Shown here: positions 22,313 through 32,426 of the stretch, in pieces | How the letters are laid out: each line of letters opens with the position of its first letter | Position numbering within the stretch: the first letter of the stretch is position 1 | Assembly: GCA_965218695.1 (NCBI GenBank) | Contig: OZ244651.1 | Span: 576,001 to 640,000, forward strand | Direction: 5' to 3' | Length of the DNA stretch: 64,000 nt | DNA from: Nitrosopumilus sp. | Lineage (GTDB): Archaea > Thermoproteota > Nitrososphaeria > Nitrososphaerales > Nitrosopumilaceae | Notes under the pieces: generated by a model | What the model was told of the DNA's origin: nothing | Seen by the model: only the letters and a program-made list of their open reading frames with translations | The model's database searches: none | Program-made: the position numbers and the translations under genes

Positions 22313-23050
22313 TTGGTATTTTCGGCAAAAACCCACGGATCAGAGGACACCAAGGCCATAATAACATCAATCTCAACATTAGTCGAGGAGGCTACGTTCG
22401 TGGCAACCCCCGAAGGCATCACGTTTCGTGGAATGGATCCGTCGCATGTGGCGCTGGTTGACGTGAACTGGCCAAATTCGGCGTTTGAGCAGTATGACTG
22501 CAAAGACGAGGTAAAGTTCGGCGTCAGGATAGACGAACTGGCAAAGATCATCAAGCGGGTCGACAAGAAAGACGACATCGAGATCAGCATAGATAACAAC
22601 GTGTTGCTTTTGACTGTAGGCAGGAGCAAGAAATACAAGATTCGCCTGATAGAGAGCTCTACAAACGACACGCCGTTGCCAAAAATCCCATACGATTCCA
22701 AGATAGTTCTGAGGCACGGCAAGTTCGAGAAGATTCTTGGCGACGTGAACGTGGTGTCGGAATACATTGCAACGTATGCCGAAGGGTCAAAATGTTCGTT
22801 TTCAGGCAAGGGTGACAGTGGCGAGGTCGTGATCGAGGTGGATGCAGACGAGACAGAAGAAATAAGCGCCAAGAATCCAGGCGAGGGAACGTACAGCCTG
22901 GAATACCTTACGCCGATGGTAAAGGCGGTTGGCGGTGCGGGTGATAATGTGGTGTGCGAGTTTTCGGAGGCAAAGCCGCTGCGCGTGGAATTTCCAATAG
23001 CAGGAACCGGAAGAATACACTTCTACCTGGCTCCCAAAGTCAAGACCTGA
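22313..23050 (+). CDS. pcn: DNA polymerase sliding clamp PCNA
   Basis: LVEEATF...GMDPSHVALV...YSLEYL...KPLRVEF...HFYLAP, close to thaumarchaeal PCNA. TTG start chosen from the TTTTATG box at 22287-22293 (ATG 22304 is an alternative). Confidence 0.95.
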   Translation: MVFSAKTHGSEDTKAIITSISTLVEEATFVATPEGITFRGMDPSHVALVDVNWPNSAFEQYDCKDEVKFGVRIDELAKIIKRVDKKDDIEISIDNNVLLLTVGRSKKYKIRLIESSTNDTPLPKIPYDSKIVLRHGKFEKILGDVNVVSEYIATYAEGSKCSFSGKGDSGEVVIEVDADETEEISAKNPGEGTYSLEYLTPMVKAVGGAGDNVVCEFSEAKPLRVEFPIAGTGRIHFYLAPKVKT

Positions 23051-23081
23051 CCGGCTTTTATGTGCATGGCAGCCATAATGC

Positions 23082-23402
23082 ATGGCGTGGGAAATTCCTG
23101 CAGCAGTAGTAGGATTGATGATGATTGTGCACGTACTGTATTTTGAAAAACGGTACGCGGCGTCGTGGAGGTTTTTCGGTTCTGTTGACGCAAAGACCAG
23201 CGTGAACAATTCCGCGCTGGCAGGCGCGCTGCTGAAAAAAGGGCTGGTCCGGGACGGCCTGTACGCAAACAGGGTGGCCGTAGTCGTCGATGGTATCTGC
23301 ATGGTTGGGATTCTGTCGTTTATGGACTCCGTGTCGGTATTGTTTGCATGCAGCATCATCCCGACGTACCTGTTTTTCAGGTGTTTTGTGGACACGGTGT
23401 GA
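23082..23402 (+). CDS. Small membrane protein
   Basis: 106 aa, three hydrophobic segments, TTTTATG box upstream. Confidence 0.6.
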   Translation: MAWEIPAAVVGLMMIVHVLYFEKRYAASWRFFGSVDAKTSVNNSALAGALLKKGLVRDGLYANRVAVVVDGICMVGILSFMDSVSVLFACSIIPTYLFFRCFVDTV

Positions 23403-23695
23403 GCCTGGTATTGCATTGAAAGGTAAAAATTTTTACTTTTCAATGCAATATTTTTGCCCGGTCGTGGTGCTGGCTGGCGGTTCGCGGCCATGCATGATTG
23501 GCACGACGTCTGCAGTCACCGGCGGCGGCGGCGGCGGCGGCGGCAACGATGCCAAGTCACCAGATTTCATCGCCTGATCAGACAGTGCTTGCACTGCGTG
23601 CCGTAGTTGACCCGCCTGTGCTTGCCGCAGTCGGCGCAAGCCTGGCGTCGCATTGAAAGGGAAAAATTTTTACTTTTCAATGCGACATTTTTGTC
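23402..23695. repeat. Two about 57-bp direct repeats, each containing a 40-42 bp near-perfect palindrome (23409-23450, 23647-23686)
   Basis: TATTGCATTGAAAGGTAAAAA|TTTTTACTTTTCAATGCAATA and GTCGCATTGAAAGGGAAAAA|TTTTTACTTTTCAATGCGAC; the spacer contains (GGC)8. Confidence 0.9.
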
Positions 23696-23770
23696 GGCCT
23701 GCATGAATTTAGTACGGTCTAGCAACGTACGGCACAAAATTTCCTTTTATGCAGATTGGTTCTTCACCGC

Positions 23771-24106
23771 ATGAGCGTGCCATGTGACCAGATCATTGCA
23801 GGCTACAAGGTCGTGCTTTGCGACATCTGCGAGCGCGAGCTGGAAGACGAGACAAGCGCGCACGAGTCATGCGAGGCAAGGTATGACATACTCGTCGAAC
23901 AAAACCGCTGCATCAAGTGCGGGGGGGAAGTAAAAGGGAAGATGACTACGCATTATGAATGCCTCGGCATGCCGTACCTGGGATATGGGAACCCCAATGA
24001 GGAAACGGCCGTCGTGCTGTACAAGGGCGTGGCGCCTGAAACCCAACATGCTTCCGGTCGACAAACGCATGCCGCGCTGTTGCAGGATTTGCCGATTACC
24101 GGTTAA
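23771..24106 (+). CDS. Cys/His zinc-binding small protein (paralog of 61596-61769)
   Basis: CxxC...HxxC...CxxCG...HxxC...GY pattern; CTTTTATG box at 23744-23751. Confidence 0.65.
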   Translation: MSVPCDQIIAGYKVVLCDICERELEDETSAHESCEARYDILVEQNRCIKCGGEVKGKMTTHYECLGMPYLGYGNPNEETAVVLYKGVAPETQHASGRQTHAALLQDLPITG

Positions 24107-24364
24107 ACGAATCGGCGTTTTCCTTTAATCGGCGGCTTTCGGATTATACTACAGTATAACAACGACACTCATAATTATCCGAATCCAGAGTATCGTATAA
24201 TGTCTGAACCACCAGTTGTACTTTGATATAATGGAATTCGGCCTGATGGGTGCGTGCGCAACATGCGGCCGCAGCACGGGCAGCATGGTTTGGGTGTATT
24301 GACCGAGCGCTCGCGGTTTGCGCATTTTTTGATGTCGGATTTGGCATGCGCCTGCAAAAGCGCC

Positions 24365-24724
24365 TCAGGTCCCGCATTGCAACGGTTCTCTTGCGTCCGC
24401 CCATACGGCGCCGCCGTTCAGGTATACCGCACCGTTGGCAAGCAACCTTTCCAGGTATTTGCTTGCGAGCCTGTGCGACATGCCGTGCGTTTTGGCGCCA
24501 TCGGTTATGGCTTCTGCATACAATACAGTCCCGCAGTCCATTATCCGGCCAAGCAGCCAGTCCTTGTATGCAGGATAGCGCGGCGGGCGCTCCTCTATTA
24601 TCCTTGTCGCATCGCACTTGCTGCATACCTCGGCGTACTGCATGTCGCCGCACACGGCATCAGCGTCATGCGTCCATGCGTGGCAGCAGCAGCAGCCAAC
24701 GTCGTCTTGCATTGGTCTTGACAT
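24365..24724 (-). CDS. Hypothetical protein, Cys-rich N-terminus and winged-helix-like C-terminus
   Basis: C/H...CSKC, then LASKYLERLLANGAVY (MCM C-terminal wHTH-like). Confidence 0.55.
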   Translation of the reverse strand: MSRPMQDDVGCCCCHAWTHDADAVCGDMQYAEVCSKCDATRIIEERPPRYPAYKDWLLGRIMDCGTVLYAEAITDGAKTHGMSHRLASKYLERLLANGAVYLNGGAVWADAREPLQCGT

Positions 24725-24763
24725 GTGTGGCAGGCGTGCGTGGCATAAAAAGACCGAATCCGA

Positions 24764-24979
24764 TCAGAGTTCGGTGCCGAACAGCAACGATGCCCCGAAT
24801 CCTGCCACAAACACGGCCACAGGCAAGACCATGCCAAGCCATATCGAATGAATCAGGTGCCTGCGCGCGGCCTCTTGGTTTTTGTCCTTCCACAGGACAT
24901 AGCAGACCAGGCCGGTGATTACCCAAAAGAACACGTGGCCGACGTACCATATCTTGGACGGCGTGGGTGATTGTTCCAT
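24764..24979 (-). CDS. Small two-TM membrane protein
   Basis: WYVGHVFFWVITGLVCYVLWKDKN...A pattern typical of small archaeal membrane proteins. Confidence 0.65.
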   Translation of the reverse strand: MEQSPTPSKIWYVGHVFFWVITGLVCYVLWKDKNQEAARRHLIHSIWLGMVLPVAVFVAGFGASLLFGTEL

Positions 24980-25036
24980 GTCCCACGGATCCGGCCAGCA
25001 TAAAAGCCCTTTTTAACAAATGCCGTCTCTGCCGGT

Positions 25037-25711
25037 ATGCTGCAGGAACTGGTATTCTTCAAGAACACGTCCACATTGGACGAAACGCTGTACACCAGCC
25101 CGGCAGGAAAACTGTCAATACGGCAGACAATGATCCTCGGGATCGGGTGCGGCCTGGTCCTGATGGCCGCCATGTCTGCATACGAGGCAGACAACGATTT
25201 CATGGACGCGGTGTATTACCTGCCGTTTCTGGTGATCCCGCTGGCAATCGGCCTGTACAAGCCCAAGGTCCTGACGACAGACGAGTTGCTTTATTCAATC
25301 ATCATGTTTTTCATAAACGGATCCTCGGTCAAGCAGATTTCCAAGCCGAAAAAAACCAAAGGCAGGGGCGGATCCAGGGCGGCCAAAAACCCCAGCAGGC
25401 GCATGGGCTACCATTCATTGGAGCGGGAATACGTGCAAAAGGAGAAGACCAGGGTCGTCCCGGTGGCCGACTTGGGCAAGCCGACCAGGCTCAAGCTCAT
25501 GATACAAAAGCCCGGCGGCGGGGCCTTCAAGAACCATTTCGTCTCGATATACCTGGACGGAGTGCGCGTGACTGCAATGACAACAGACAGCGCAGGAGAA
25601 GTCGTGGCACTCGTGACGCCTGGAACTGAAGGCAATCATTCACTAAAAGTCATGGCGAAAGGATACGACGAACCCGTCATAGACGGCGACATCAGATTCA
25701 GGCGAGGATAG
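25037..25711 (+). CDS. PrgI/VirB3-like membrane protein with C-terminal Ig-like domain
   Basis: KLSIRQ followed by two TM helices ending IPLAIGLYKP, as in PrgI-type conjugation proteins; beta-rich C-terminus (TTDSAGEV). Confidence 0.5.
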   Translation: MLQELVFFKNTSTLDETLYTSPAGKLSIRQTMILGIGCGLVLMAAMSAYEADNDFMDAVYYLPFLVIPLAIGLYKPKVLTTDELLYSIIMFFINGSSVKQISKPKKTKGRGGSRAAKNPSRRMGYHSLEREYVQKEKTRVVPVADLGKPTRLKLMIQKPGGGAFKNHFVSIYLDGVRVTAMTTDSAGEVVALVTPGTEGNHSLKVMAKGYDEPVIDGDIRFRRG

Positions 25712-25735
25712 CATGCGTAATGACTGTAACTAATT

Positions 25736-25773
25736 ATAATGTTTATATATATTATAACCGTATTATAATTATG
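25736..25773 (+). promoter_or_regulatory. Conserved 38-bp promoter module (TTTATA box plus ACCGTAT element, ending at ATG)
   Basis: 31/38 identical to the reverse complement of 43054-43091. Confidence 0.7.
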
Positions 25774-25915
25774 GAAGATATGGCTGTTGTAGAATGGAGA
25801 TGGATCTGATGAGCCTGTCCAACCTGTATGCGGACATGTACGATCCTTATCATAGAAAGGATCTCGGACTCGTGTTCGTGCCCCCCGGCCGCGTCGACAT
25901 GCAGGAGATTGTGAC

Positions 25916-26591
25916 ATGATGTCTGAATATGAACGATACAAAGAACGAAAAGCGGAGATAGAGGCCGTGCTGGGATTTTTTAAAGCCCATAAATCCAAAT
26001 TCTGTTTTTGCCACAAAAACCCCGTGCATGGCACGCCGATGGGGGAGGCGTTGGCCGACTTTGAGATCCGTGGTCTCGTGTACGATATGTACGACATAGA
26101 CTTTGAGATGGTGCAGGACGACATGGATGCCATAGTGCGGAATGCAGGAAGGGTTGCCTGATGTCGGAGCCGGTTGAGAAATGCACTGGAAAGCAGGGAA
26201 TAGATTCGCTGCATGATTGGGTTGTGCAAGACAAACTGAATGAAAAAACGACACTCAAGTCAGGCACAATCAAGCACACGCGCCATCTCCTGTGTTCCAC
26301 ATGCAAAGGCCGGATGATTGAGACCATATGGACCGTAAAAGACAAAATAGTAAACTCAAAACTGCAATGGAAGGGCATCGTCAGGAAGGTAGCGGACTGA
26401 TGGGGGCCAGAAAGGATCCGTCCACCAAGACACGTTCGTTTGATTCGAACAAAATAGGCGGCCTTCTTGAAGTTATAGCCTGGGAGGTCGACAAGATCGG
26501 CGTGGACGTAAAGTCCATCGTCATACACAGGGAGGCAGCAAATGCCTGGTTCGGCACAATCACGTACGATCCGCGCAGGAGGAAACGCTGA
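25916..26591 (+). CDS. Cluster of three translationally coupled small ORFans (25916-26161, 26161-26400, 26400-26591)
   Basis: Stop and start codons overlap (TGATG); no recognisable motifs. Confidence 0.6.
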
Positions 26592-26834
26592 TGAATGAAT
26601 CAAAATTTGCCGCATTGACAGACATAATGAAGGGATTGTTGGACGATGCCACGGCCATCTAGGGCAAGGCCGGACGACTGTTGTTTCATTCTGGATTCAC
26701 CGATCCGGAATTTGTCCGGGGCGCACAGATGTTCCTGGCAAAACATGAAAGTGGATTCATCCGGGAAGACATGGAACAACGGACCGCCAAACTGTGGGAA
26801 TCCATCAAGGCGACGCGGCCCAAAAAACTGGCTA

Positions 26835-27922
26835 TAGTGTCAATCAAAAGTCTTCTACGTCAGTCTGAGCGTAACATTTTTTGATCACTCCGCACTACCG
26901 CCCACATGGATGAAAAAAGCAAAAAGCTGTTAATCCAGGCCTACAAGAAAGAGAAGAGGGGAACCATAAAGGACAGGATCCACGCCGTCTGCATGGTCAA
27001 GATCAGGGGGCTGGGCGTATCCGAGGTGGCATCACTGTGCTTTTGCGACCCGCACACTGTCACAAGCTGGGTCCGGCATTTTGATAGCGAGGGTCTTGCA
27101 GGCCTGGAAGACAGGCCCCGCCCGGGCAGGCCGCCCAAGGTCGGGCTTGAGAAGATTGCGGGGCTTGCAGCAAGGACTGGCAGCATCACAACTCCAAAGC
27201 AGCTCAAAGAAAACATACGCAAAGAATTCAAGGTGACATACCACATTTCAAACGTCACAAAGATAATGCACAGGCTTGGCCTGTCTGCCAAGACGGTCCA
27301 GCGCATCCACGTCAACAGGCCAGAGATCAAAAAGATCAGGCAGTGGCAGCGCAACGCCAAAAGGCGGATTTCACGCCTGCAAGAGAAGGGTTTTCTCCCA
27401 GTCGTCTTTGACGAGGCCATATTTGTAGACGATCCGGCATCGGGCGTAAAGTATTGGTCGCCAGAAGGCGAGCCGATTGTCACGACATACAAGGGACGGC
27501 ACGGAAAGGTGGTGGCATACGGTTCCATTGTAACAGACGGCAGGCAGTTCTTCAGGACGCATGAAAAATTTGACAAGGAGACGGTCCTGCAGTATCTCAA
27601 GGATCTGGTCAGGCATTTTGGAAAGGTGGTCGTAATCATGGATAATGCGCCACAACACAAGTCAAGGATCGTGATGAAATTTCTAAAGGAAAATCCCGAC
27701 ATCAAGGTCATGTGGCTTCCAGCTGCAACGCCCGAGCTTAGCGGCGTGGAGGAGTACTGGCACCAGGCAAAACGTAACGTGCTGGTGTCCGAGTACTATG
27801 CCACGATAGTGCAGATGCGCAACGCGATGTCGGAGTATTTCAGGACCGCGCGTCCAAGGATTGACGTAATGGAGTTCATCTGTAGAAAGTCCCTAAATGT
27901 AAAAAACTTTTGATCGACACTA
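26835..27922 (+). mobile_element. IS630-family insertion sequence (transposase 26906-27913)
   Basis: IRs TAGTGTCAATCAAAAGT / ACTTTTGATCGACACTA flanked by TA; HTH, FDEA...MDNA...PELSGVEEYW motifs. Confidence 0.93.
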
Positions 27923-27924
27923 TA

Positions 27925-28810
27925 CGATTCGAGCATAACTACTGAGGTTGCAGACGACTATGCATGTCGCATGCCGTTTAGGATGATCGCAGACCGCATG
28001 TCGCGGTACGGAATTACACTCTCCTCGGGCACGACGCACAACATAATGCGCAGGCTGGGAGCGTCGCCGGGTACCCCGGCAGCAGCCATTGCCGCCATGA
28101 TACGCAAGGCTAGGATACTGCACGCCGACGAGACATCGATTCACCTAAACGGCCGCAACGTCTGGGTGTGGATACTGCACGATCCGCTGACCGGGCACGC
28201 GCTGTACGTGATACGGGACAGCCGGGGGGCAAAGGTTCTGAAAGAAGCGCTTGGGGGTTGGGACGGCACGTTAGTGTGCGACGGCTGGACGGCGTACGGA
28301 AAATACCGCGTCCAGCGTGTTGCTGGTCGCACATAATACGCGAGGCCAGGGACATCTGCAACCGCAATCCGGACTGCCCAGGCGCGCGCAACGTCCTGAA
28401 GCACCTGCGCATAATCTATGACTATGCCAGAAGGGCAAGCAGGAAACGCTCGCGCTCTCTCCGGGACAACGCGTCTGCCATGCTGACGTCATGCATCGAA
28501 AAGATCGTTGCAAGGTACGCCGACGATCCAATATTGGAAAAATTCATGGTCAAGATCAGCAATGCTGGCAGCGACCTGTTCCGGTTCGTGCTGAACCCAA
28601 AGATCCCGCCTACAAACAATGCTGCAGAACGCGGGTTGCGCGAGATAGTCGTGCACAGAAAGATACGGGGCAGCATAAGGGCAGAGGAGACGATGACGTG
28701 GATGGCGAATTTCTTTTCATGCGTAATGACATGGAAAAACAAGAAATTGGATTACTTGGCGGAGATTGCAAAATACGCCTAAAAATGAGTTAAACCACGT
28801 GAACACTTAC
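27925..28810 (+). pseudogene. 5'-truncated, frameshifted IS66-family transposase with right end
   Basis: HADET, VCDGW, CWSHIIR, TNNAAERGLR motifs in two frames; right end GAACACTTAC (GTAA-type IR) at 28801-28810. Confidence 0.88.
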
Positions 28811-29686
28811 AATTATTCTAATGCGCGTGCTGCACACTAGGCAAGTAGCTGTGCCTGAGATCACGATCAGAAAAGTATGGAATTGTACAGGATTGATACG
28901 CGTGCACTGTCTTGCAGTGTATACGCGTTTGCTAAATACTCAAAAAACACGGATAAGCATGGAACAAGGTGATGTGATAGACTAACACCTGATTACGAAT
29001 GACTGCAAAGGCCTCTGGTGAATGGAGCTATCCAAGCTGCCAAGTTACCGTAGGCCGAGTCAAAGGATTCTAGTCCCATGGACGCAGATTCCTTACGTAT
29101 TTCACGAAAAACGACGGCAAAAGGCCTCTGGGAGGGACCCCTACAATACCCCTCCCTCTTTTTTCATGAGTGAATGTCTGGCTAATTCCAACGTAGCCAG
29201 TCATTCATTTTGTTCCCCCCCCGTGACCTTTTCCGGTTCCGGCGGCCGGATCCCTCGTGGTTGCAACCATCACATGCCACAACGGCTTTGAATCTTGAAC
29301 GTTGGGCAACCGAATTGTGACAAGGTGCTTGATGCGGCGTGACCGTCACGACAATATCTGCCCAAAACATTCCTTGACGGCCAAAATCATACTCCCCTGC
29401 AGGAACCGGTGTCAGCAGATCATCGAGAACACAACACCGGAGCAGCTTGGCTGCGTGCTAGAGGCGCTAAAAGCGCCGGCAAGACAGGTTAGGCAGCCAC
29501 AGGTCGTGGCAGACGACGCGCGCGCAGAGACCCTGACAGGATCGGAATGCCGGTTCGTGGGCAACCTGCCAAGCGGCAAGGTCGTGCCGGAGAGAAACGC
29601 GGACTGACAAGAGTGGACCGATCCTCCGGCATCCCTACATCGGGGAGCCAAAAAGGATCGGAAACTACAGTGGAAGCGGGTCTAAA

Positions 29687-29723
29687 GGGATTCGGCCTGT
29701 ATTGTTACCTTTTTTAGGTTCCA
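29687..29723. repeat. 37-bp dispersed repeat, second copy at 36684-36720 (probable IS end)
   Basis: GGGATTCGGCCTGTA(T/A)TGTTACCTTTTTTAGGTTCCA, 36/37 identical. Confidence 0.8.
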
Positions 29724-30004
29724 TTGTGCATGTAAAACCATCTGTGGTTAGTCACCGACTCGTTCCGCCCATTCACTTCGACAGAGCATTCTTCGCCAAG
29801 GCAATTAGGCTGCTCAGGATGCTTGGAAGCAACCGCAGCAGGAAGGCGGAGCCACTACAGTAAATTTCCTAATAGATGCTGCAAGAAAGCACCTTGCGAG
29901 CTCCGGCCAATTCCGGCAGGAACCACACCAAGTACATGATCCTGTTGAAAGGCAGCACCATGGACGTGTACTCATATGCATGCCATAGCAGGCGCCCAGA
30001 CCAT

Positions 30005-31114
30005 AGAACTGATTCGTAATTAGCCCATTCGTCGTAGGCGGCAACCTGGGGAAGACAGTAAGATCAAAATATCGTCCGATCCAGCAGATTGCATGTTATC
30101 GTATGCCAAACTGTCAGGAAACGCCAGGCGTTTCAAGACCATCATGGGAATGTCACTCCAGGAATTCGATTTGTTGCTCGCAAAAGTGGAGAAGACACAC
30201 CCCGAGACGGAGAGGGATAGGCTCTCCAAGAGGCCCCGAAAGCGCGCAATCGGGGCCGGGCGCAGGTTCGCGCTTGACCTGCACGGCCGCGTGATGCTCC
30301 TCCTGTTCTACTACCGGACGTATGTCACACAGGACGTGGCAGCCGAGGTCTTCGGAGTCGGCCAGGCCACGGTGTCGCGCTCCATAGACCAGATCGCCCC
30401 CGTGGTCAGGCAGTGCATCCCGCTACCAGCCAGGATCCACGACAGGGCAAAGAGGGCCTCGACTATTGAGGAGCTTGAGGAGATCCTTCCCGGCCTCCGG
30501 TGCCTCATTGACGCCTCCGAGCAGCAGGTACAGAGGCCCAAGCGGAAGGACATGGAAAAGTCCCACTATTCTGGCAAGGCCGGGAGGCACACGGCCAAGG
30601 TACAGTACGCCGTGAACGCAAACGGCCTGATCGTCCACAACACGAGGCACTCCCCGGGACGAGTCCACGACGTCAGGGTGTACCGGATGAAGCACCCGAC
30701 GTTTCCATCCGGCCTGCCGTCCCGGGACGGGCCTGACGGCAAGGGGGAGAAGGCAAGGGTGCGGGCCTATGTGGACAGGGGTTACCCCGGGGCGCAGAAG
30801 ATGTACGAAGGGGTGGAAGTGCTGGCGCCGATCAGGAAAAAGCCCGGAAAAAAGCTCACTGACGCAGAAAAGGCATCCAACAAGGCGCACTCCCGGATCC
30901 GCGTCTACGTGGAGCACGCCATCCGAAAAGTCAAGACGTGGCGGATAATGGGTGACAGGTACCGGAACCCGCTGAAAAAGTACGACCGGATCAACGATGT
31001 CGTCTGCGGGCTGGTAAACCAAAGGCTGCTGTGGCTGGCAGAACGGGCAGCCTGACGGAAATGGGCCTGAAAAGTAGGGCGAACAGGCTTGGAAAATAAT
31101 AACGGATCAGGTCT
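30005..31114 (+). mobile_element. IS5-family (DDE_Tnp_4) insertion sequence; transposase 30093-31055
   Basis: IRs AGAACTGATTCGTAATT / AATAACGGATCAGGTCT, target duplication CAT; paralog of the 6805-7976 element. Confidence 0.92.
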
Positions 31115-31579
31115 CATGCGTTGCCAGATTTGCCCACATTACCGCAATTGATAAAACCAATTGCCACCGTTCCATGCTCTACAACAGTTTGCACCTATTG
31201 ATGGCCGAGAACCTGAAACGCGTGGCCGGCGGGGTGAGAAAAAGACGCTGATGCCGACTGCCTGCTAGCGTTGGCCCACAGCCACGCGTGTCACGCGTGC
31301 AACATAATGGCCAACAGCACCGATTACGATGATGGCACAAGGGGAGGAGAATGTCCTTAGCAGCTCAATATGTCAGCAACGGCACGTGTGATTGGGGGAG
31401 CGCGTCGGGCACCGGTCCCGGCATGCTCAAGATCCAAACCATCCGGGCACAAAGATGGCTTCTGACTATGGATCGCTACATTTGAGCAGAGTGTCCCTTT
31501 GCATCCAAACGTACGCGACATGGTGAAACATTCTTGCCGTAGCAACATGGCTGCCCGGACATCTTCTTAGACTTCGAAA

Positions 31580-32047
31580 TTACTTGATAACCTTCACGTA
31601 TCCGAACCTCTCGCTTTTGCTAGGCCGTTCCAGACATTTGCACTGATTGTCGAGTATGCTGTCATCTAGTGGCTTCGGCCGGTTTTTGTTCTGCTCATAC
31701 GCACGCTCTACATTGTCGAAAAACACCGCGTTTACTTTGGCATCATATAACCATCCACGACTTACATGCGCATGGCGTATCTTACGGGTCAGGTTGGTGT
31801 CATCCACCACCACGTCCTTGCCACCTTCCAGCGCTTCTGTTATCAAAATTTTCTCGATCTTCCTCTCCATTTTGGGCGAGTCTATACTTGGGCTAGAATA
31901 TCTGTCAAGTATCTCCTGACGATACACGCTGTCCCACGTCCTGATATCGTCCAAAGACACGTGGACATGGTTCGGGAATTCTTGTTTTGCCAACGTGGAC
32001 TTGCCGCTTCCGGATATGCCCACCATGAGTACTATTTCCACATACAT
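31580..32047 (-). CDS. P-loop kinase, polynucleotide-kinase/AAA_33 type
   Basis: GISGSGKST, SLDDIR, VVDDTN motifs. Confidence 0.85.
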   Translation of the reverse strand: MYVEIVLMVGISGSGKSTLAKQEFPNHVHVSLDDIRTWDSVYRQEILDRYSSPSIDSPKMERKIEKILITEALEGGKDVVVDDTNLTRKIRHAHVSRGWLYDAKVNAVFFDNVERAYEQNKNRPKPLDDSILDNQCKCLERPSKSERFGYVKVIK

Positions 32048-32426
32048 AACGAGTCTTTCAGATCGTAAATTTCTTACGCTGTTTCAACCTTCCTTGAACC
32101 TATATCGGCACACAAAAGTTCGTGTGCAAATAATCGAAAAGTTTGCAGATCAGATTTCACTTCATGGGTGCATGGACTACTATCTGCGGCAACACTTGAC
32201 TCCAAACTGGTTCGTGTCAACCTCATGGATGGTATGTCTATATGTCATGATTACGAATCCTTGTTGTGCTTGATTTTTGTAATGGTTTTCTTGGAAAATG
32301 AGCGGATCTTTATGGCTTCAACTATGCGTCACTTGGGGCAACAACGCTTGCTGCTGTACAGACTTGACTTTTTATCCAGCATGAGTAGGAAACATGTCTA
32401 ATACTGTCCCTTCGAGTCGCTATCGA

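Noticed and set aside
23409-23686. CRISPR mini-array (ATTGAAAG resembles a CRISPR repeat 3' end)
   Set aside because: Only two copies, separated by about 195 bp, with the motif internal to a full palindrome; no cas operon.
28810-29660. Possible structured ncRNA (hairpin near 28897-28927, repeated AAAGGCCTCTGG)
   Set aside because: No recognisable RNA family or consistent fold; likely decayed sequence between IS elements.
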